From positions 2,560,001 through 2,624,000 of the forward strand of contig CBDBDQ010000005.1 in assembly GCA_965203905.1 (NCBI GenBank): a stretch of DNA of 64,000 nt. Reading direction: 5' to 3'. Below the pieces are notes generated by a model. The model saw nothing but the letters and a program-made list of their open reading frames with translations. It was not told the DNA's origin and ran no database searches. Position numbers and translations under genes: made by a program. The DNA comes from Spirochaetia bacterium. GTDB taxonomy: Bacteria > Spirochaetota > Spirochaetia > SZUA-6 > Bin103. This document shows positions 1 through 14,743 of this stretch, piece by piece (the first letter of the stretch is position 1; every line of letters starts with the position of its first letter).

Positions 1-1347
1 GAACACGCCTTCCACGTTGGTGGCGAACTTGCCGTAGGCGGCGGCGGCGTTGGAGCGGTCGTCACGCTCCAGGCGAAGCTGCTCCAGCACCCGGTCCTCC
101 GGGCCCAGGAATCCCATCGACAGCAGCACCAGTCCTGTCGATATCGCGCGTTCGCTGCCGGCTACCGGCTGCGGTCCGCCGCCGCTCCATTCCACGTCCA
201 CCAGGTGGGTGGCGCTCACCCGGCCGCCGGCGTCGCCGGAAAAGTGCTGCGCGGTAACGCTGTAGACCCGCGGGTCCCGGCCGAAGGCGGCGGCAACCTC
301 CTCCTGGCCGTAGTCGGGGAGCGAGGTGCGTCCGAACTGCGGCCACGGCAGGGCGGCCGGGAACTCGGGCACGATCTCGATCTGGGTCAGCGAGCGGCAT
401 CCCTGGCGCATGGCGGTGCCGACGCAGTCGGTACCGGTGTCGCCGCCGCCGATCACCAGCACGTCCTTGCCGGCGGCGTCGATCGTGGGGCGCCCGCCGG
501 CGCCGTCGAGCAGCCAACGGGTATTGACCGTGAGGTATTCCATCGCCTGGTGGATGCCGTCGAGCTCGCGTCCGGGGATCGGCAGGTCACGCGGCTTGGT
601 GGCGCCGCAGCACAGCACTACCGCATCGAACCGTTGCCGCAGCTCCGGGCCGGGAAGGTCGCGCCCGACCTCGACGCCGGCGACGAACTCCACGCCGGAG
701 TCGCGCATCAGCTGTACGCGCCGGTCGACCAGGTGCTTCTCCAGCTTCATGTTGGGGATGCCGTACATCAGCAGGCCGCCGATGCGGTCGGCGCGCTCGT
801 AGACCGTCACCAGGTGCCCCGCCTTGTTGAGCTGGTCGGCGCAGGCCAGCCCGGCGGGACCGGAGCCGACCACCGCAACCCGCTTGCCGGTGCGCACCGC
901 GGGCGGCGTGGCGCGCACCCACCCCTCGTCGAAGCCGCGCTCGATGATCGCCCACTCGGTGTTCTTGATGGTGACCGCGGGCTCGATGATTGCCAGCACG
1001 CAGGCCGACTCGCACGGTGCAGGGCACACCTTGCCGGTGAATTCCGGGAAGTTGTTGGTCTTGTGCAGCCGCTCCAGGGCGTCCTGCCACAGGCCGCGGT
1101 ACACCAGGTCGTTCCACTCGGGGATCAGGTTGTTGAGCGGACAGCCCACCGTCTGGCGGGTGTCGGCGCGTCCGGCGCCCGTGTGACAGAACGGTGTGCC
1201 GCAGTCCATGCAGCGCGACGCCTGCGCCTGCAACTGCCCCTCGGGGGCGTGGCCGTGGAAGTCCTGCCAGTCCGCGATCCGCTCCGCCGGCGCCCGGTCG
1301 GGCGGCAGACTGCGTTCTATCTCCTTGAATCCGGTCGGTTTACCCAT
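1..1347 (-). CDS. gltD: Glutamate synthase small subunit (3' end runs off the window)
   Basis: Not in the ORF track because it is edge-truncated. Read by hand from ATG at 1347: MGKPTGFKE..., a [10 protein letters not shown] Fe-S motif, GSGPAG and GGGDTGTDC; the frame stays open to position 1 (...[10 protein letters not shown]). Lies directly downstream of gltB. Confidence 0.95.
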   Translation of the reverse strand, partial: MGKPTGFKEIERSLPPDRAPAERIADWQDFHGHAPEGQLQAQASRCMDCGTPFCHTGAGRADTRQTVGCPLNNLIPEWNDLVYRGLWQDALERLHKTNNFPEFTGKVCPAPCESACVLAIIEPAVTIKNTEWAIIERGFDEGWVRATPPAVRTGKRVAVVGSGPAGLACADQLNKAGHLVTVYERADRIGGLLMYGIPNMKLEKHLVDRRVQLMRDSGVEFVAGVEVGRDLPGPELRQRFDAVVLCCGATKPRDLPIPGRELDGIHQAMEYLTVNTRWLLDGAGGRPTIDAAGKDVLVIGGGDTGTDCVGTAMRQGCRSLTQIEIVPEFPAALPWPQFGRTSLPDYGQEEVAAAFGRDPRVYSVTAQHFSGDAGGRVSATHLVDVEWSGGGPQPVAGSERAISTGLVLLSMGFLGPEDRVLEQLRLERDDRSNAAAAYGKFATNVEGVF

Positions 1348-1366
1348 GGCGGTTCGTGTCGTCTGC

Positions 1367-6064
<4,698 letters not shown>

Positions 6065-6388
6065 GCTATATTCCGCTCGTTTCGTCCTTCTTCGGGAGCG
6101 GTTACCACTATCCTCCGATTTGGTCAGTACAGGGAAAGACGGGTGCAGCCACGCCACGCGCTACTGCTGCGGCAGGTGCCGCGTCGTCTCGTGCGCCGCG
6201 TTCAACTCGCGCTGCGCGCGCCTCCGGCATACGCGCGACCGCGGTCGGCCACGCCGCCAGAGACGCTACCATACGTGAATTACCCGAATCTCGTCAATCT
6301 TTTTCCGGGAGACATCGGGAGACGGTGAGCACTCCGTAGCCGGGCGGGTTTGCAGCGCGGCGGCCGGTGGGGCGAGGGCCAGTCGGTT

Positions 6389-7153
6389 TCACGCGCCGGG
6401 GGAGTCAGCGCGGTGCCAGATGCCGGCCGCAACGAGCTCGGCGGTGGCGCGATCGGCCCAGCCGCGGTTGGCGGCGGGACTGGCCGGACTGGGATGCAGA
6501 ATCTGCACCCAGCACGGGCGTTCGGCGGGGGTGATCCGCTCGGCGACGCGTTGCGCGGCGTGCGTCGCGAAGGCACCGACGCCGACCAGCCAGCGCGGCC
6601 GCAGCTGGCGGACCAGGTGCTGCAGGTGGTCGTCGCACAGCGCCAGCAGCGGCTCACGTTCGGCCGCCGGCAGCTTTTCGGGGGTGCGGTTGCGCCCGGA
6701 CGCTTCGAGAAACATCAGGGGACAGTAGTTGACCACGTAGTGGTGGCGGAAGAAGCTCTCCGGCTGCCCGAAGCGGTCGCGGAACAGGCCCCACAGGCGG
6801 CTGCCGCTCACCTCCCGCCGGCGGCAGCGGAAGCCCTCGACCGGGCGCCGCGGATGGGAATTCTCCGGGGTGCGGACCTGGCAGTCGATCCCCAGCCACT
6901 CGCGTACCAGCCCCACGTCTCCGAACGGCACGCCGGTCTGCGCCATCCCGAACGGTCCCGGATTCATCCCCAGGAACAGGGTCCGGGCGTGGCGCGGTGC
7001 GTAGCGTTCGACATAGGCGCGGAATCCGCACCAGGCGTATTCCAGCGGCGCATACACGGTGTGGACCGGGGCGGCGAAGCGCAGTCGCGAGAGCGCGGTT
7101 GCCAACTCTCGCGCCGCATCCAGCAGTGGCGCCGCGGCGCCGCCGCCGGTCAC
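6389..7153 (-). CDS. SMUG1-family single-strand-selective uracil-DNA glycosylase
   Basis: GMNPGPFGMAQTGVPFG, EVSGSRLWG, NYCPL and LHPSPASPAAN motifs. Confidence 0.92.
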   Translation of the reverse strand: MTGGGAAAPLLDAARELATALSRLRFAAPVHTVYAPLEYAWCGFRAYVERYAPRHARTLFLGMNPGPFGMAQTGVPFGDVGLVREWLGIDCQVRTPENSHPRRPVEGFRCRRREVSGSRLWGLFRDRFGQPESFFRHHYVVNYCPLMFLEASGRNRTPEKLPAAEREPLLALCDDHLQHLVRQLRPRWLVGVGAFATHAAQRVAERITPAERPCWVQILHPSPASPAANRGWADRATAELVAAGIWHRADSPGA

Positions 7154-7437
7154 GGGTAGGGCTCCGCGCCGCGGACCTCCGCGGCGGTGCAGGAGCCGCG
7201 GGTGCGGTACTCCGGCTGAGCGGCGACGCTGCGGTGGCCGACCGGCTCACTGTAGGCGCTTGCAAACGGCGCGCGTGGCTGCGGTACGTTCATCGGGGCT
7301 GGGGCCGGATCCTCCTGGGGCGTGACCGTATCCTGCCCGTGCCCGCGCGACAACTCACGGTGCGCGCCGGTGCGCCGGTGGTGGCTTGCGGTTGCCGGCT
7401 TCCTCGGTAACACTGCTCCTCGACCGGCAACCCTACC

Positions 7438-8805
7438 ATGGCCATCAGCAACGACGTTCTGCCATTTCGGGCGCTGCACTACGACCCGCAGCGCGTCGAC
7501 GACATCGGACTGTGCCTGTCGCAGCCCTACGACGTGATCTCGCCGGAGATGCAGGCGGACTACTACCGGCAACATCCCTGCAACGTCGTGCGCCTCATCC
7601 TGGGGCGCCAGCACACCAGCGATACCGATACCGACAACCGCTACACGCGCGCGGCCGCCACCCTCGACGACTGGCTGCGCCGCGGCGTCCTGCGGCACAC
7701 GCGACGGCCGTCGTTCTGGGTGTATGAACAGCAGTTCGACCTGCCGCAGATCGGGAAGCGCCGGGTCACCGGATTCATCGGCCTGGTGCGCCTGCAGGAT
7801 TACGCCGCCGGCGCCATCCTCCCGCATGAAAAGGTAATGCGCGGCGTGGTAGAAGACCGCCTGCAACTGATGCGCGCGAGCAACGTCCAGATGGAGTACA
7901 TCTGGTCGATCTACCAGGATCGGGCCTACGCCATAGACGACGTGCTCGAAGGGGTGGAGCCGGAGCCGCCGGTCATCGATCACCGCGAACAGGTACAGGG
8001 GGTACGTCATCGCCTGTGGCGGCTCACTGACCGGCAGCGCTGCGCCACCATCTCGCGGATGATGCGCGAGCGCACCATCTTCATCGCCGACGGCCACCAC
8101 CGCTACCAGACCATGCTCAGCTTCCGCGACGAGATGCGCCGCCGTCACCCCAACGCCGGGCCCGACGCGCCGTGGGAGTTCATCCTCATGTTCCTGGTGA
8201 ACAGCGAGCATCAGGGCCTGACGATTCTGCCGACCCATCGCGTCCTGCACGATCTGGGCATTGCCGATCGACGTCCGCTGGAAGGGCCGATCATGGAGCA
8301 CTTTCGGGTCAGGAAGTACACCCACACCGAGGCGGGTCGCGGTGAGGCGACCCGGCGCTGGCTGCGCGACCTGGCGGACGCCGAGCCGGGGGAACACAAG
8401 ATCGGGGCCTACATCCGCAACAGCGGCTGCTACTACCTGGCGACGTTGAAGGACGCGGAGGCCTACGAGCAGCTCGTCGACCTGGATTTCTCGTCACGCT
8501 GGAAGCGGCTGGACGTGAACATCCTCAACGTGCTGGTGCTGCAGCAGATCCTCGGCATCACCGAGTCCGAGCTCGACGGCGGCGCCACGGTGAGCTACAC
8601 CAAGAGCATCGACGACGCGTTGGCCGCGGTGGACCGGCGCACCGCCGACGTGGCGCTGTTGATGAATCCCACCCGGCTGGACGACGTACTGGAGATTGCC
8701 CGCACCGGCGAGCGAATGCCGCGCAAGTCCACCTACTTCTATCCCAAGCCGGTGTCCGGGCTGGTGTTCTACCCCATGGGTGAGGTAACCAGGACCGCCA
8801 GGTGA
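7438..8805 (+). CDS. DUF1015 family protein
   Basis: PFRAL, PYDVIS, ILPHEK, IADGHHRY and MPRKSTYFYPK motifs. Confidence 0.92.
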   Translation: MAISNDVLPFRALHYDPQRVDDIGLCLSQPYDVISPEMQADYYRQHPCNVVRLILGRQHTSDTDTDNRYTRAAATLDDWLRRGVLRHTRRPSFWVYEQQFDLPQIGKRRVTGFIGLVRLQDYAAGAILPHEKVMRGVVEDRLQLMRASNVQMEYIWSIYQDRAYAIDDVLEGVEPEPPVIDHREQVQGVRHRLWRLTDRQRCATISRMMRERTIFIADGHHRYQTMLSFRDEMRRRHPNAGPDAPWEFILMFLVNSEHQGLTILPTHRVLHDLGIADRRPLEGPIMEHFRVRKYTHTEAGRGEATRRWLRDLADAEPGEHKIGAYIRNSGCYYLATLKDAEAYEQLVDLDFSSRWKRLDVNILNVLVLQQILGITESELDGGATVSYTKSIDDALAAVDRRTADVALLMNPTRLDDVLEIARTGERMPRKSTYFYPKPVSGLVFYPMGEVTRTAR

Positions 8806-11345
8806 GCCCGGGTAGGCGCGCGCCGGTGCCGGGGGCGCGGCGCCCACCGCGGGAGGCTGGAGTGGGCGGCGCCGTGGTGCGGGGCGCGGCGGCGTGGCTG
8901 GGGACGTTCTCGGCGCACGACGGGCCGGCGGCGCTGGCGCTGGCGGTGCTGGTGGTGGTGAGCTACTTCCCGGCCCTGCAGGGCGGCTTCGTGTGGGACG
9001 ACGTGATCTTCGCCGAGGAGCCGGTGATCCACTCCCCGGGCGCCCTGCGCAGCATCTGGTTCTCCCCCGCCGAGATCAAGAACGAAGGCCACTACTGGCC
9101 CCTGGTCTACACCAGCTTCTGGCTGGAGCACCGCCTGTGGGGCCTGCGGCCCGCCGGCTACCACGCCGTCAACCTCTTCCTGCACCTGCTCAACTGCCTG
9201 CTGCTGTGGCGCCTGCTGCGGCGCCTTGCGGTGCCCGGCGCGCTGCTGATCGCCGCGGTGTTCGCGGTGCACCCGCTGCACGTCGAGTCGGTGGCCTGGA
9301 TCATCGAGCGCAAGGACCTGCTGTCGGCGCTGTTCTACCTGGGCGCGGTGCTGGCCTGGCTGCGCCTGGTGGAGGTTGCGCGGGTGGGCCACTACCTGCT
9401 GCTGGTGCTGCTGTTCGCGGCGGGGCTGCTGAGCAAGTCGGTGGTGGTGACGCTGCCGCTGGCGCTGCTGCTGGTGCAGTGGTGGCGCCGTGGCCGGGTG
9501 ACGCGGCTGGATCTGCTGCGGGTGGCGCCGCTGGTGCTGCTCGGGGCGGTGATCACGGCGGCGGACCTGGCGTTCTACCGCGGGCGGGAGGTGCTGGAGC
9601 TGGGCTACACGCTGGCGGAGCGGATGCTGATCGCGGGGCGGGCGCTGTGGTTCTACGCCGGCAAGCTGGTGTGGCCGGTGGAGCTGGCGGTGATCTATCC
9701 GCTGTGGGAGATCGACGCGGGGTCGCTGGCGGGGTGGGCGTACGTGGCGGCGGCGGCCGGGTTGGCGCTGGCGCTGTGGCTCGGGCGGGAGCGGATCGGG
9801 CGCGGGCCGCTGGCGGGGGCGCTGTACTTCGCGCTGACGCTGGGGCCGGTGCTGGGGTTCGTGGACTACGGCTACATGCAGTTTTCGTTCGTGGCGGACC
9901 GCTTCCAGTACCTGGCGGGGATCGGGGTGCTGGCGGTGCTGCTGGGGGGCGCGGCGCACGGGGTGGGCAAGCTGGTGGCCGGGGAGCGCACGGGTACAAG
10001 TTTCGCGACGGGGCTGCGCCTCGGGGCGTGTGGGCTGGCAGCGGCGATCGTCGTGGTGGTGCTGGGCACGCTCACATGGCGCCAGGCGGGCATCTACCGC
10101 GACGAAGTAGCGCTGTTCAGCCACATCGTGGCACTCAATCCCGAGGCCCGCGACGCCCACCTCAACCTGGGCAATGCGTTGCTCGAAGCGGACCGCACCG
10201 AGGAAGGTCTTGCCGCCAGCCGCATCGCGGTGGAGCAGCGACCGGAGTCCGCCGACGCGCACTCCAACCTCGGTCTCGCGCTGTCGAATCTGGAGCGATT
10301 CACGGAGGCCGGAGAGTCGCTGCGCCGTGCCCTCGAGCTCGACCCGCGCCACAAGAGCGCACTGCAGAACACCGCGGAGCTGCTCAGGAAGCAGGAACAG
10401 TACGAGGCGGCGGTCGAGGCCTACCAGACCGTATTGGAGCGCGATCGCAGATACGCGCTGGCCTATGCCGGGATGGGAGATGCGCTGTTCAACCTGCAGC
10501 GCTACGAAGAGGCGCTGGCGTCGCTGACCCAGGCCCTCGTCCTGCAGCCGCGCCTGCCGATGGCCGGGGCCATGGAAGTGCTCATGGGTCGGGCATCTCG
10601 GGAGCTGGGACGGCTCGACGCGGCGGAGGGACACTTCCTGCGCGCCATGGAGCTCGATCCGGGCGACGCAACGCCGGTGCTGGACCTGGCCGGGCTGCGC
10701 GCCCAGCAGCAACGTCACGAGGAGGCCGACGAGCTGCTGCGCCGTGCCCGCGAGTTGCGGCCGCACGACCCGGCGACCCTGCAGAACGTGGCCGAGGCGC
10801 TGCGGAAACAGGAGCGCTACGAGGAAGCACTGCCGGCGTACCGCGCGGTGCTGGAACTCGACGCCGACTATGCGCTGGCCCATGCCGGCATGGGCGATGC
10901 GTTGTTTCGCCTCGGGCGTTACGAAGAGGCGCTGGAGGCACTGGCGCGGGCGGCGACCCTGCAGCCGGACCTGCCGATGGCGGGATCTCTGTACCGTCTC
11001 ATGGGCCGCGCGGCGCAGGAATTGGGTCGGCCCGACGCGGCCGACCACTTCGAGCGTGCCGTGCAGCTTGACCCGCGCGACGCGGAGGCGCTCGATCGCC
11101 TGGCGATGCTGCGTTTCGGGGAGCAGCATTACGAGACGGCGTTCGACCTGTACCGGAGCTTGCTCGAAGTCAATCCGGACAACGCGCAGACCCACTCCAA
11201 CCTCGGTGCCACGCTGTACTACCTGGGACGGCCGGAGGAGGCGTTGCAAAGCTTCGAACGCGCCCTCGCTCTGGCCCCGGAGTTGGAGACCGCGCGGACC
11301 GGCCGCGACCAGCTACGCCAGATAATGCGCCAGCAAGCGCCGTAA
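8802..11345 (+). CDS. TMTC-like multi-pass membrane protein with C-terminal TPR repeats (start may be further downstream)
   Basis: FVWDD, HPLHVESVAWIIERKDLL and ADRFQYL motifs in a hydrophobic N-half; many TPR repeats (e.g. AHSNLG, AYAGMGDAL) in the C-half. Confidence 0.88.
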   Translation: MSPGRRAPVPGARRPPREAGVGGAVVRGAAAWLGTFSAHDGPAALALAVLVVVSYFPALQGGFVWDDVIFAEEPVIHSPGALRSIWFSPAEIKNEGHYWPLVYTSFWLEHRLWGLRPAGYHAVNLFLHLLNCLLLWRLLRRLAVPGALLIAAVFAVHPLHVESVAWIIERKDLLSALFYLGAVLAWLRLVEVARVGHYLLLVLLFAAGLLSKSVVVTLPLALLLVQWWRRGRVTRLDLLRVAPLVLLGAVITAADLAFYRGREVLELGYTLAERMLIAGRALWFYAGKLVWPVELAVIYPLWEIDAGSLAGWAYVAAAAGLALALWLGRERIGRGPLAGALYFALTLGPVLGFVDYGYMQFSFVADRFQYLAGIGVLAVLLGGAAHGVGKLVAGERTGTSFATGLRLGACGLAAAIVVVVLGTLTWRQAGIYRDEVALFSHIVALNPEARDAHLNLGNALLEADRTEEGLAASRIAVEQRPESADAHSNLGLALSNLERFTEAGESLRRALELDPRHKSALQNTAELLRKQEQYEAAVEAYQTVLERDRRYALAYAGMGDALFNLQRYEEALASLTQALVLQPRLPMAGAMEVLMGRASRELGRLDAAEGHFLRAMELDPGDATPVLDLAGLRAQQQRHEEADELLRRARELRPHDPATLQNVAEALRKQERYEEALPAYRAVLELDADYALAHAGMGDALFRLGRYEEALEALARAATLQPDLPMAGSLYRLMGRAAQELGRPDAADHFERAVQLDPRDAEALDRLAMLRFGEQHYETAFDLYRSLLEVNPDNAQTHSNLGATLYYLGRPEEALQSFERALALAPELETARTGRDQLRQIMRQQAP

Positions 11346-11402
11346 TTACTTGTAAGAAAGCACATTCTGCCGTGCCTCCGGGGCCACGCAACGGGTCCTT
11401 GA

Positions 11403-12887
11403 TTGACAGTCGTGGCAGTGCGGCATAGCCTGGAATACAAGACACGCGTGCGTTTTTGCAGTTGGATCGCCTCCCCTTACGCCCGCACGAGAGCCCCGGC
11501 GCTGGTTTGTCTTGCGGCCGCTCTCTGCGGTTGCGCCGGCATCTCGGAGATTCGCGAGACCGAGTTGTTTCTCGGTGAGTACTTCGCCGGCGAGTACGAA
11601 CAGGCGAGCACGGTCCTCGGCGGCGACTCGGGCCTCGATTACGACGCCGAGCAGCTTCTGACCTCCCTGCACCTGGCCATGGCACTGCGCGCGGCGGGCA
11701 GATTCGCGGACTCGCAGACCGCTTTCGATCGCGCCGAGTCGCAGCTGCTGTGGAAATCGGACGAGATCACCAGCGTCGAGGACCTGCTGGCCGCGGGGTT
11801 CACCCTGGTGGGCAACGATCTGATGGTGTCCTACCAGGGGACGATCTACGACGGCGTTTTGGTCAATACCTTCAAGGCACTGAACGCCATGCATGGCGGT
11901 GACCTGGCGCGCGCCCGCGTGGAGGCGAACCGGGCCGACCAGCGACAGGAGAACGCCGTGCATCAGCTTGCCGCCAAGGTGGCGGCGCTGGGGGGTGGCG
12001 AGGAAGACGAGGAGCAATACCAGGAGCAGGTCAACCGCTCGATGCAGGAGGTGATGGACCCCGAGGGACCGGTGGCCGCGCGCTTGCAGGCGGTGGAGTC
12101 CCTGGGGCGCTACCGCGGGCTGCGTAACCCGTTCACCGACTGGCTGCACGGCGTGTTCCGGCTGGCGTCAGGCGAGGCGAACCGTGCTTCCAACCTGTTC
12201 CGCAATGCCGCAGTCCTCGAAGGCCGGCGCAACAGTCACGTGCTCGCCGATCTGGTGGAGGCCGAGCGGGTCGCGAGCGGCGGAGCACGAACCGATGGCC
12301 GGGTGTGGGTGATCCACGAGGATGGCACCGGACCCTACCTGGAGGCGTTCCGCTTCGACCTGCCCATATACACCGGCGACGGGGTGCTCGTGGTCTCCAC
12401 CGCGTTGCCGGAGTTTCGCCGCGGAGCGCCGGCGGCGGGTTCGCTGCAGATTCACGTAGCCGGACAGGAGTACCAAACCGAGTTGCTTCTGGACGTGGAC
12501 CGCTACGCCGCCACCGAATTCCGGGCCGGCTACGACTCGGTGGTGTTCAAGGCGGTGGCGGGGACGGTGATCCGGAGCCTGATCCAACTGGAGATCCAGC
12601 GCCAGTCGCGCGAGCACGGCGGCCTGGCATCGGTTCTGAATGTAGTAGCTCCCATCGCCAGCGCCGTGGTGACCCAGGCCGACATCCGCATCTGGCGGGC
12701 GCTGCCGCGGTCGATCGGGGTGGCGAGCCTGGTACGGCCGGATGACGGCCGGATGCGGATCAGCGCGGGGCCGGGGGCGGCGCGGGAGCTCATCCTGCCG
12801 CCGGGACGATTCGTCCTGGTTGTGGTAAAGACTATTCGTGCGGACGTGCCACCAGCCGTCCACGTCGCCGCGTTCGGCAATGAGTAA
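11403..12887 (+). CDS. COG3014-like lipoprotein (start uncertain)
   Basis: Lipobox-like LCGC; YQGTIYDGVLVNTFKALN, ARVEANRA and ADIRIWRALP motifs; upstream of an LpoB-like gene, as is typical. Confidence 0.75.
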   Translation: MTVVAVRHSLEYKTRVRFCSWIASPYARTRAPALVCLAAALCGCAGISEIRETELFLGEYFAGEYEQASTVLGGDSGLDYDAEQLLTSLHLAMALRAAGRFADSQTAFDRAESQLLWKSDEITSVEDLLAAGFTLVGNDLMVSYQGTIYDGVLVNTFKALNAMHGGDLARARVEANRADQRQENAVHQLAAKVAALGGGEEDEEQYQEQVNRSMQEVMDPEGPVAARLQAVESLGRYRGLRNPFTDWLHGVFRLASGEANRASNLFRNAAVLEGRRNSHVLADLVEAERVASGGARTDGRVWVIHEDGTGPYLEAFRFDLPIYTGDGVLVVSTALPEFRRGAPAAGSLQIHVAGQEYQTELLLDVDRYAATEFRAGYDSVVFKAVAGTVIRSLIQLEIQRQSREHGGLASVLNVVAPIASAVVTQADIRIWRALPRSIGVASLVRPDDGRMRISAGPGAARELILPPGRFVLVVVKTIRADVPPAVHVAAFGNE

Positions 12888-12926
12888 CTTAGGTGCAGGG
12901 AGCACCTCACCGAGGAGGAGGAATCA

Positions 12927-13622
12927 ATGAATCAGAACGGGCAGAGCCTCACGCCGACGACCGATGCTCGGGCAGCGTCGGGCGGCCGGTCGTCGCGGGC
13001 CCCATCATTCATCGGGCTGGCCATCGTCGCCGCCGTGGTAGTGCTGGCCGGTTGCCGAACCACGCCGGTCTATCTGGATACCGAAGGCCCGCCGCCGCAG
13101 CCCGGGGAGACGACCACGCTGGGCCTCGACTATCGCGACTTCGAGTTCGCCGCGGGGGAGGCGGTGGAGTCGTTCCTGAGCAGCCCGCTGTCGCGCAAGC
13201 CCGGCAGTACGGCGCCGTGGGTAATGGCGATCAGCCGCATGATCAACGATACCACGCTCAACATCGACACCGACCAGCTGGTCAAGAAGATCCGGGTCGA
13301 CCTGCTCAACAGCGGGCGCGTGATCGTGACCACCGCGGTGGGTCTGGAGGGACCGGAAGATCCCTTGAGCGCAAAGACCCGTGAGCTGCAGGACTCGGAA
13401 CTGTTCAACCAGGAGACCGTGGCCCAGGACGGCACCATGGTGGCACCGGAGCTGAGCCTCTCGGGCAAGATCATCCAGCGCAGCAACGTGATCGACGGCA
13501 AGCAACAGGTGGACTACTACTTCCAGCTTACCGCGACCAACATCGAGACCGGCCTGGCCTACTGGGAGTTCGAGCAGGTGATCGCCAAGCTCGGCGACAA
13601 CCAGCGGTTCTCGTGGGAATAA
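12927..13622 (+). CDS. LpoB/YcfM-like lipoprotein (penicillin-binding protein activator family)
   Basis: GAGGAG RBS; LAGC lipobox; NDTTLNIDTDQL, LSGKI and DYYFQLTATNIETGLAYW motifs. Confidence 0.82.
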   Translation: MNQNGQSLTPTTDARAASGGRSSRAPSFIGLAIVAAVVVLAGCRTTPVYLDTEGPPPQPGETTTLGLDYRDFEFAAGEAVESFLSSPLSRKPGSTAPWVMAISRMINDTTLNIDTDQLVKKIRVDLLNSGRVIVTTAVGLEGPEDPLSAKTRELQDSELFNQETVAQDGTMVAPELSLSGKIIQRSNVIDGKQQVDYYFQLTATNIETGLAYWEFEQVIAKLGDNQRFSWE

Positions 13623-13663
13623 TGGCGCGCTGACGGCACGGCGCGCGGCGCCGGGAGTGGTGC

Positions 13664-14587
13664 ATGGATAAGCGGAGGAAACGGTACCCAGCGCGCATGG
13701 CGCTGCTTGTTGGCGGCGGAGTGCTGTGGTGGTTCGTATTGGCGGGCGGCGGGTACGCGCTGACCGCGACGGGACCTGGCGCGGCGGTGGAACGGCAGCG
13801 GCTCGCGGTGCTCGATTTCGCACTGGACGAGGTCTACCTGCAAGGCGTCGGCGACAACCGCGAGCACCGCAGCGGCCGGAGCGTGCTGCGGGGTGGCGCG
13901 GCACTGGATTTCGAGCTGCGACGCGATCTGCGGGAGCGGTTGCGGACTCGGATCGAGGAATTTCTGCTCCCGGGGCAACGTCTCGCGGTGCTCGGTCGTC
14001 GCGCCGCCGAGTTCGGGTCAGTCGCCGTCGATTCCGAGGAGGCGGCGCGGCGTGGCCAGTCGGTGGGCGCCGACCAGGTGCTGTACGGGACCGTGGACCG
14101 CCTCGAGGTGCGGCAACGACGTAAGCGGATCCAGCTTACCGGAGAGATCGTTTCGCACCTGGTGGCTACGGCGCGCGTGCGCTTCTCGGTGCTGGCCGTC
14201 GCCACCCGACAGACAATCTGGTCATCCTCGTTGGAGTTGCAATGGGTCGTCGAGGACGAGCTTCGTCCCGAACGGGTTGCGGATGGACTGCTCGATGAAC
14301 TGGCCGTACGCATTGGGGACGCGGTGTCCGACCTCGGGCAGCCCGAGTCCACCGTGGGCGGCACCAGGATTACGCGCGTGAAACCGAGGCATAGCGTCGT
14401 GCACATGGTCACCGAGTTCGCGGGCGGCGCGGTTCACGGCGGACTGCAGCCGAACTATCGCCGCATCGACGGTGACCGGGACCGGGACGGCCTGCCGGAC
14501 TATCTGAACCGCGATGCACAGACCGGCGACGCCAACAACGACGGTCTCCCGGACTATCTGAACCGGGACAACCTTCGGCGCAGGTAG
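13664..14587 (+). CDS. CsgG/HfaB-like secreted protein with two C-terminal DxDxDGLPDYL acidic repeats
   Basis: Signal-like N-terminus; RLAVLDF and GADQVLYGTV segments typical of CsgG-like folds; duplicated DGLPDYLNRD. Confidence 0.55.
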   Translation: MDKRRKRYPARMALLVGGGVLWWFVLAGGGYALTATGPGAAVERQRLAVLDFALDEVYLQGVGDNREHRSGRSVLRGGAALDFELRRDLRERLRTRIEEFLLPGQRLAVLGRRAAEFGSVAVDSEEAARRGQSVGADQVLYGTVDRLEVRQRRKRIQLTGEIVSHLVATARVRFSVLAVATRQTIWSSSLELQWVVEDELRPERVADGLLDELAVRIGDAVSDLGQPESTVGGTRITRVKPRHSVVHMVTEFAGGAVHGGLQPNYRRIDGDRDRDGLPDYLNRDAQTGDANNDGLPDYLNRDNLRRR

Positions 14588-14743
14588 CAGAGCGAGGGTT
14601 GTCGGCGCCGGCGCCGTGGCCGAGCGGGCGGCCGGCGTTTCGTATCAGGTGATTCATGGACGGGTATTCCTGTATTATGGGTGCGGGTTCGCACCCCGTG
14701 ACATCGTGCGATTGGGGACTCCGCTACCGGTTACGGAGGAAGA

